From positions 96,001-160,000 of the forward strand of contig JBGAML010000006.1 in assembly GCA_044223005.1 (NCBI GenBank): a stretch of 64,000 bases of DNA, given 5' to 3'. Source of the stretch: Candidatus Eiseniibacteriota bacterium. GTDB taxonomy: Bacteria; Eisenbacteria; RBG-16-71-46. Shown here piece after piece: positions 60,935-64,000 of the stretch. Below the pieces are notes generated by a model. The model was not told the DNA's origin. It saw nothing but the letters and a program-made list of their open reading frames with translations, and did no database searches. The position numbers and the translations under genes were made by a program. The stretch's first letter is position 1. Each line of letters opens with the position of its first letter.

Positions 60935-61789
60935 ATGAGCCCGCACCGTCGGCTCCCCGTCTCCTCGCGCCACGCCTTCGCGCTCGCGTTCGACCTCGCG
61001 GTGCGCCGCGACTGGTTCCACTCGCTGCTGGTGCCGTTCCTGCTGCGGATGCCGTGGATCCTCGTGCCCGCGCTCGTGCCGTTCGTGGTGCGCGACATCC
61101 TGCCGTCGCAGCTCGCGCTCGTGCAGGCGATCGGACTGCTCTTCGACTTCGTCGCGATGGTCGTCGTGACCTCGATGCTGCGGTTCCGCGCGTTCGACAA
61201 CTTCGAGCGCCCCGCGCACGAGCCGCTGGGGCCCATCGGTCCGTGCTACGCGCGCGGCCTGCAGCGCGTGCCTGCGCTCTACCTCGCCGAGGTCCTGCGC
61301 AACGTGCTCTTCGGCATTTCGTTCAGCATGCTCTTCCTGCCGTTCCTCTACCTGGCGTTCAAGCTGTCGTTCGCGACCGAGGTGGTGGTGCTGCGGCAGG
61401 AGGGACCCATCAGCGGCTTCACGCGCTCGTTCAAGCTGACGGAGGGCCGGTTCGAGCGCTGGCTCGAGATGATCGTGCTCTCGGTCCTGCTGATCGTGCC
61501 GCTCTGGTTCCTGATGGCCGTCTGCTTCCTGCTCGTGCCCGCGAGCAGCTGGAGCACGTGGGTCGCGCTGGGCTTCCTGCTCACCGCCGCCGTGCTCCCG
61601 ATCGTCCAGTACGCGTGGACGTTCTTCTACCTGCGCCTCGAGCAGAGCGTCGCGGCCGACGAAGCGGGTTCGGCCGTCGTGACGCCGCTCACCGGCGCCG
61701 CGTCCGGCTGGCACGGCGCCAAGGCGCCCCGGCTGCGGCTGGTCGAAGTCCAGCGCGCGGACGACGATCCCGACTCGCCCCAGGGCTGA
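60935..61789 (+). CDS. Integral membrane protein of unknown function
   Basis: About 6 TM segments; EGPISGFTRSFKLTEGR and TFFYLRL, typical of glycerophosphodiesterase-membrane-domain-like families. Confidence 0.75.
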   Translation: MSPHRRLPVSSRHAFALAFDLAVRRDWFHSLLVPFLLRMPWILVPALVPFVVRDILPSQLALVQAIGLLFDFVAMVVVTSMLRFRAFDNFERPAHEPLGPIGPCYARGLQRVPALYLAEVLRNVLFGISFSMLFLPFLYLAFKLSFATEVVVLRQEGPISGFTRSFKLTEGRFERWLEMIVLSVLLIVPLWFLMAVCFLLVPASSWSTWVALGFLLTAAVLPIVQYAWTFFYLRLEQSVAADEAGSAVVTPLTGAASGWHGAKAPRLRLVEVQRADDDPDSPQG

Positions 61790-61961
61790 GCGCGGGAAGC
61801 CATTCCGCCGCCGCGGGTTCCGCCGCTGGCTGGCGAAGGGGGCGACGGTTGTGCCATCTTGAAACGCCCCGGCGCAACTCCTGCGCGGGGGCGCTCCGGC
61901 ACCCATCGGTCGGCCGGGGTGTTGCAGATCCGGACGATCCGCCGAAGGACCCCCGAATCCC

Positions 61962-63053
61962 GTGAGCACGCGAACCGAACGCCATCCCGCCCCGGCCGCC
62001 GTCGCCGACGGCGATCTCTCGATGCGCCCCATCCTGGGCGCGAGCCAGCGCATGCAGCGGCTGCTGCGGCTCGTGCAGCGCGTCGCCCCGACCGACAGCA
62101 CGGTGCTGATCCTCGGCGAGAGCGGCACCGGCAAGGAGCTCGTCGCACGCTCGCTCCACCTGCTCTCGCGCCGCTCGCGCGGGCCGTTCGTGCCCGTCAA
62201 CGTCGGCGCGCTGCCCGAGGCGCTGGTCGAGAGCGAGCTGTTCGGCTACGCGCGTGGCGCGTTCACCAACGCCACCGGCGAACGCGCGGGGCTGGTCGAG
62301 GAAGCCGACCACGGCACGCTGTTCCTCGACGAGATCGGCGACATGCCGCTGCCCGCGCAGGTGAAGCTCCTGCGCACGCTCGAGAACGGCGAGGTGCGCC
62401 GGCTCGGCGAGAACTCGGCGCGGATCGTGGACGTGCGCGTGCTCGCGGCCACGCACCGCGACCTGCTCGCGCTCGTCGCGCAGGGACGGTTCCGCGAAGA
62501 CCTCTACTACCGGCTCAACGTGGTGCAGCTCGAACTGCCGCCGCTGCGCGACCGGCGCGAGGACATCGGCCTGCTCGCGTCGTGGTTCATGGACCGCACG
62601 GCGCGCAAGCAGGGCCGCACGCCGCTGGAGTTCTCGCCCGAGGCGATGGCGCTGCTCGAGAAGTACGACTACCCGGGCAACGTGCGCGAGCTCGAGAACG
62701 CGATCGAGCACGCGGTGACGCTGGCCGAGGGCGACGTCGTGGGCCCGGCCGACCTGCCGGCGGCGATCCGCTCGCCGCGGCTGCTGCCGCGCAACGTCGA
62801 CGAGCCCGGCGCGCCGGCCGGTGCGGGTGCCGCGGCCGCCGCCGCCGCGGTCGCGCGCGCGCTCGCCGAGGCGGAGGCCGCGCGCGACGAGCGTTCGCTC
62901 GAGGACGTGACGCGCGAACACGTGCTGCGCGTGCTCGAACGCCACCGCGGCAACGCGACCGCGGCCGCGAAGCAGCTGGGACTCTCGCGCACGACGCTCT
63001 GGCGCATGCTCAAGCGCTGGGGCGTGGAGCGCGCCGCGAGCGGGGGAGCGTGA
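61962..63053 (+). CDS. sigma54-interaction AAA+ activator with Fis HTH, no N-terminal sensory domain
   Basis: [61 protein letters not shown]. Confidence 0.93.
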   Translation: MSTRTERHPAPAAVADGDLSMRPILGASQRMQRLLRLVQRVAPTDSTVLILGESGTGKELVARSLHLLSRRSRGPFVPVNVGALPEALVESELFGYARGAFTNATGERAGLVEEADHGTLFLDEIGDMPLPAQVKLLRTLENGEVRRLGENSARIVDVRVLAATHRDLLALVAQGRFREDLYYRLNVVQLELPPLRDRREDIGLLASWFMDRTARKQGRTPLEFSPEAMALLEKYDYPGNVRELENAIEHAVTLAEGDVVGPADLPAAIRSPRLLPRNVDEPGAPAGAGAAAAAAAVARALAEAEAARDERSLEDVTREHVLRVLERHRGNATAAAKQLGLSRTTLWRMLKRWGVERAASGGA

Positions 63054-63054
63054 C

Positions 63055-64000
63055 GTGGCGAGCGAACGCCGGTACTACGACGACGCCTACACGACGCAGT
63101 TCGAGGGCCGCATCGCCGAAGCGGGCGAATGGCAGGGCCGCCCGGCCGTGGAACTCGAGACGACGTGGTTCTACCCCGAAAGCGGCGGCCAGCTGGCCGA
63201 CCGCGGCACGCTCGCCGGCGCGAACGTGCTCGACGTTCAGGCGGCCGAGGACGGCCGCGTCTGGCACGTGGTCGACGCGCTCCCGGGTGCCACGGCCGCG
63301 GCGCCGTGTGCGCTCGAGTGGGACCGGCGCTTCGACCACATGCAGCAGCACACGGGCCAGCACGTGCTCTCGGCCGCGTTCGAGCGCGTGCTCGGGGCGC
63401 CGACGCTCTCGTCCACGCTGGGCGAGGAGCGCAGCGTGATCGAGATCGGCCGGCCGGCGATCGGCTGGGCCGAGGCGGGCGCCGTCGAGGCGGCCGCGAA
63501 CCGGCTGCTCTGGGAGGATCGCCCGGTGCAGCTCCACTGGACCGATCGCGATGGGCTCGGCCGCTTCGCGCTGCGCAAGCCGCCGCAGGTCGAGGGCCGA
63601 ATCCGCATCGTCGAGATCCCGGACTGGGACGTGTCGGCGTGCGGCGGCACGCACGTGCGGCGCACCGGCGAAGTGGGCGTCCTCAAGATCGTCGGCTGGG
63701 AGAAGGTGCGCGGCAACGTGCGGATCGCCTTCCTCTGCGGCGGCCGCGCGCTCGCCGACCACGCCTGGCGCACCGAAACGCTGCTCGAGTCGGCGAAGCG
63801 CCGCACGCTCAAGGACCGCGACCTGGTCGCGCACCTCGAGCGCGCCGCCGAGGAGCGCGACGAACTCGCGAAGCGCCTGCGCGCGATCGAGCGCGCGGCC
63901 CTCGAGGCCGAGGCCGCGCGGCGCGTCGGCGATCCGCCGGCCGGCGTCGCCGAACTGGCCGACGCGCGCTCCCGCGAGGACGTGCGCGCGTTCGCGCTCG
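63055..64000 (+). CDS. Alanyl-tRNA editing protein (AlaX family), partial
   Basis: Own translation from GTG 63055: YYDDAY, TWFYPESGGQLADRG, HMQQHTGQHVLS, ACGGTHVRRTGEVG; runs off the window. Confidence 0.9.
   Translation, partial: MASERRYYDDAYTTQFEGRIAEAGEWQGRPAVELETTWFYPESGGQLADRGTLAGANVLDVQAAEDGRVWHVVDALPGATAAAPCALEWDRRFDHMQQHTGQHVLSAAFERVLGAPTLSSTLGEERSVIEIGRPAIGWAEAGAVEAAANRLLWEDRPVQLHWTDRDGLGRFALRKPPQVEGRIRIVEIPDWDVSACGGTHVRRTGEVGVLKIVGWEKVRGNVRIAFLCGGRALADHAWRTETLLESAKRRTLKDRDLVAHLERAAEERDELAKRLRAIERAALEAEAARRVGDPPAGVAELADARSREDVRAFAL

Overview
Very GC-rich bacterial chromosome segment, densely coding. Three exported proteins carry a FlgD-Ig/T9SS-like C-terminal domain, which suggests an FCB-related lineage such as Ca. 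Eisenbacteria (inference only). Core content: a 2-oxoacid dehydrogenase E1-beta, an mntR-mntH(USP) manganese locus with tandem operators, ThrE, a MacA/MacB-like pair without ATPase, an acyl-CoA ligase, a FIST protein plus hybrid kinase, an MFS transporter and XRE-cupin regulator, a heterodimeric ABC exporter, mobA-lysA, etfBA followed by a nuoA-N operon that lacks nuoI, moeA/moaC, an ECF sigma/anti-sigma pair, a sigma54 activator and a partial AlaX. An accessory stretch (~32.1-40.7 kb) holds a small ACP-like membrane protein, a stand-alone HNH nuclease, two large modular secreted proteins and a Cys-rich secreted peptide. Most notable signals: (i) twin divergent ECF promoters with a matching third copy 50 kb away in front of macA; (ii) complex I without NuoI next to ETF; (iii) the HNH element; (iv) the shared C-terminal sorting-like domain and a Vps62-like/FN3/cohesin protein. 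No tRNA, rRNA, CRISPR array or transposase was recognised. All calls are by eye; no database search was run. Start codons were adjusted from the ORF track using RBS, overlap and promoter evidence.
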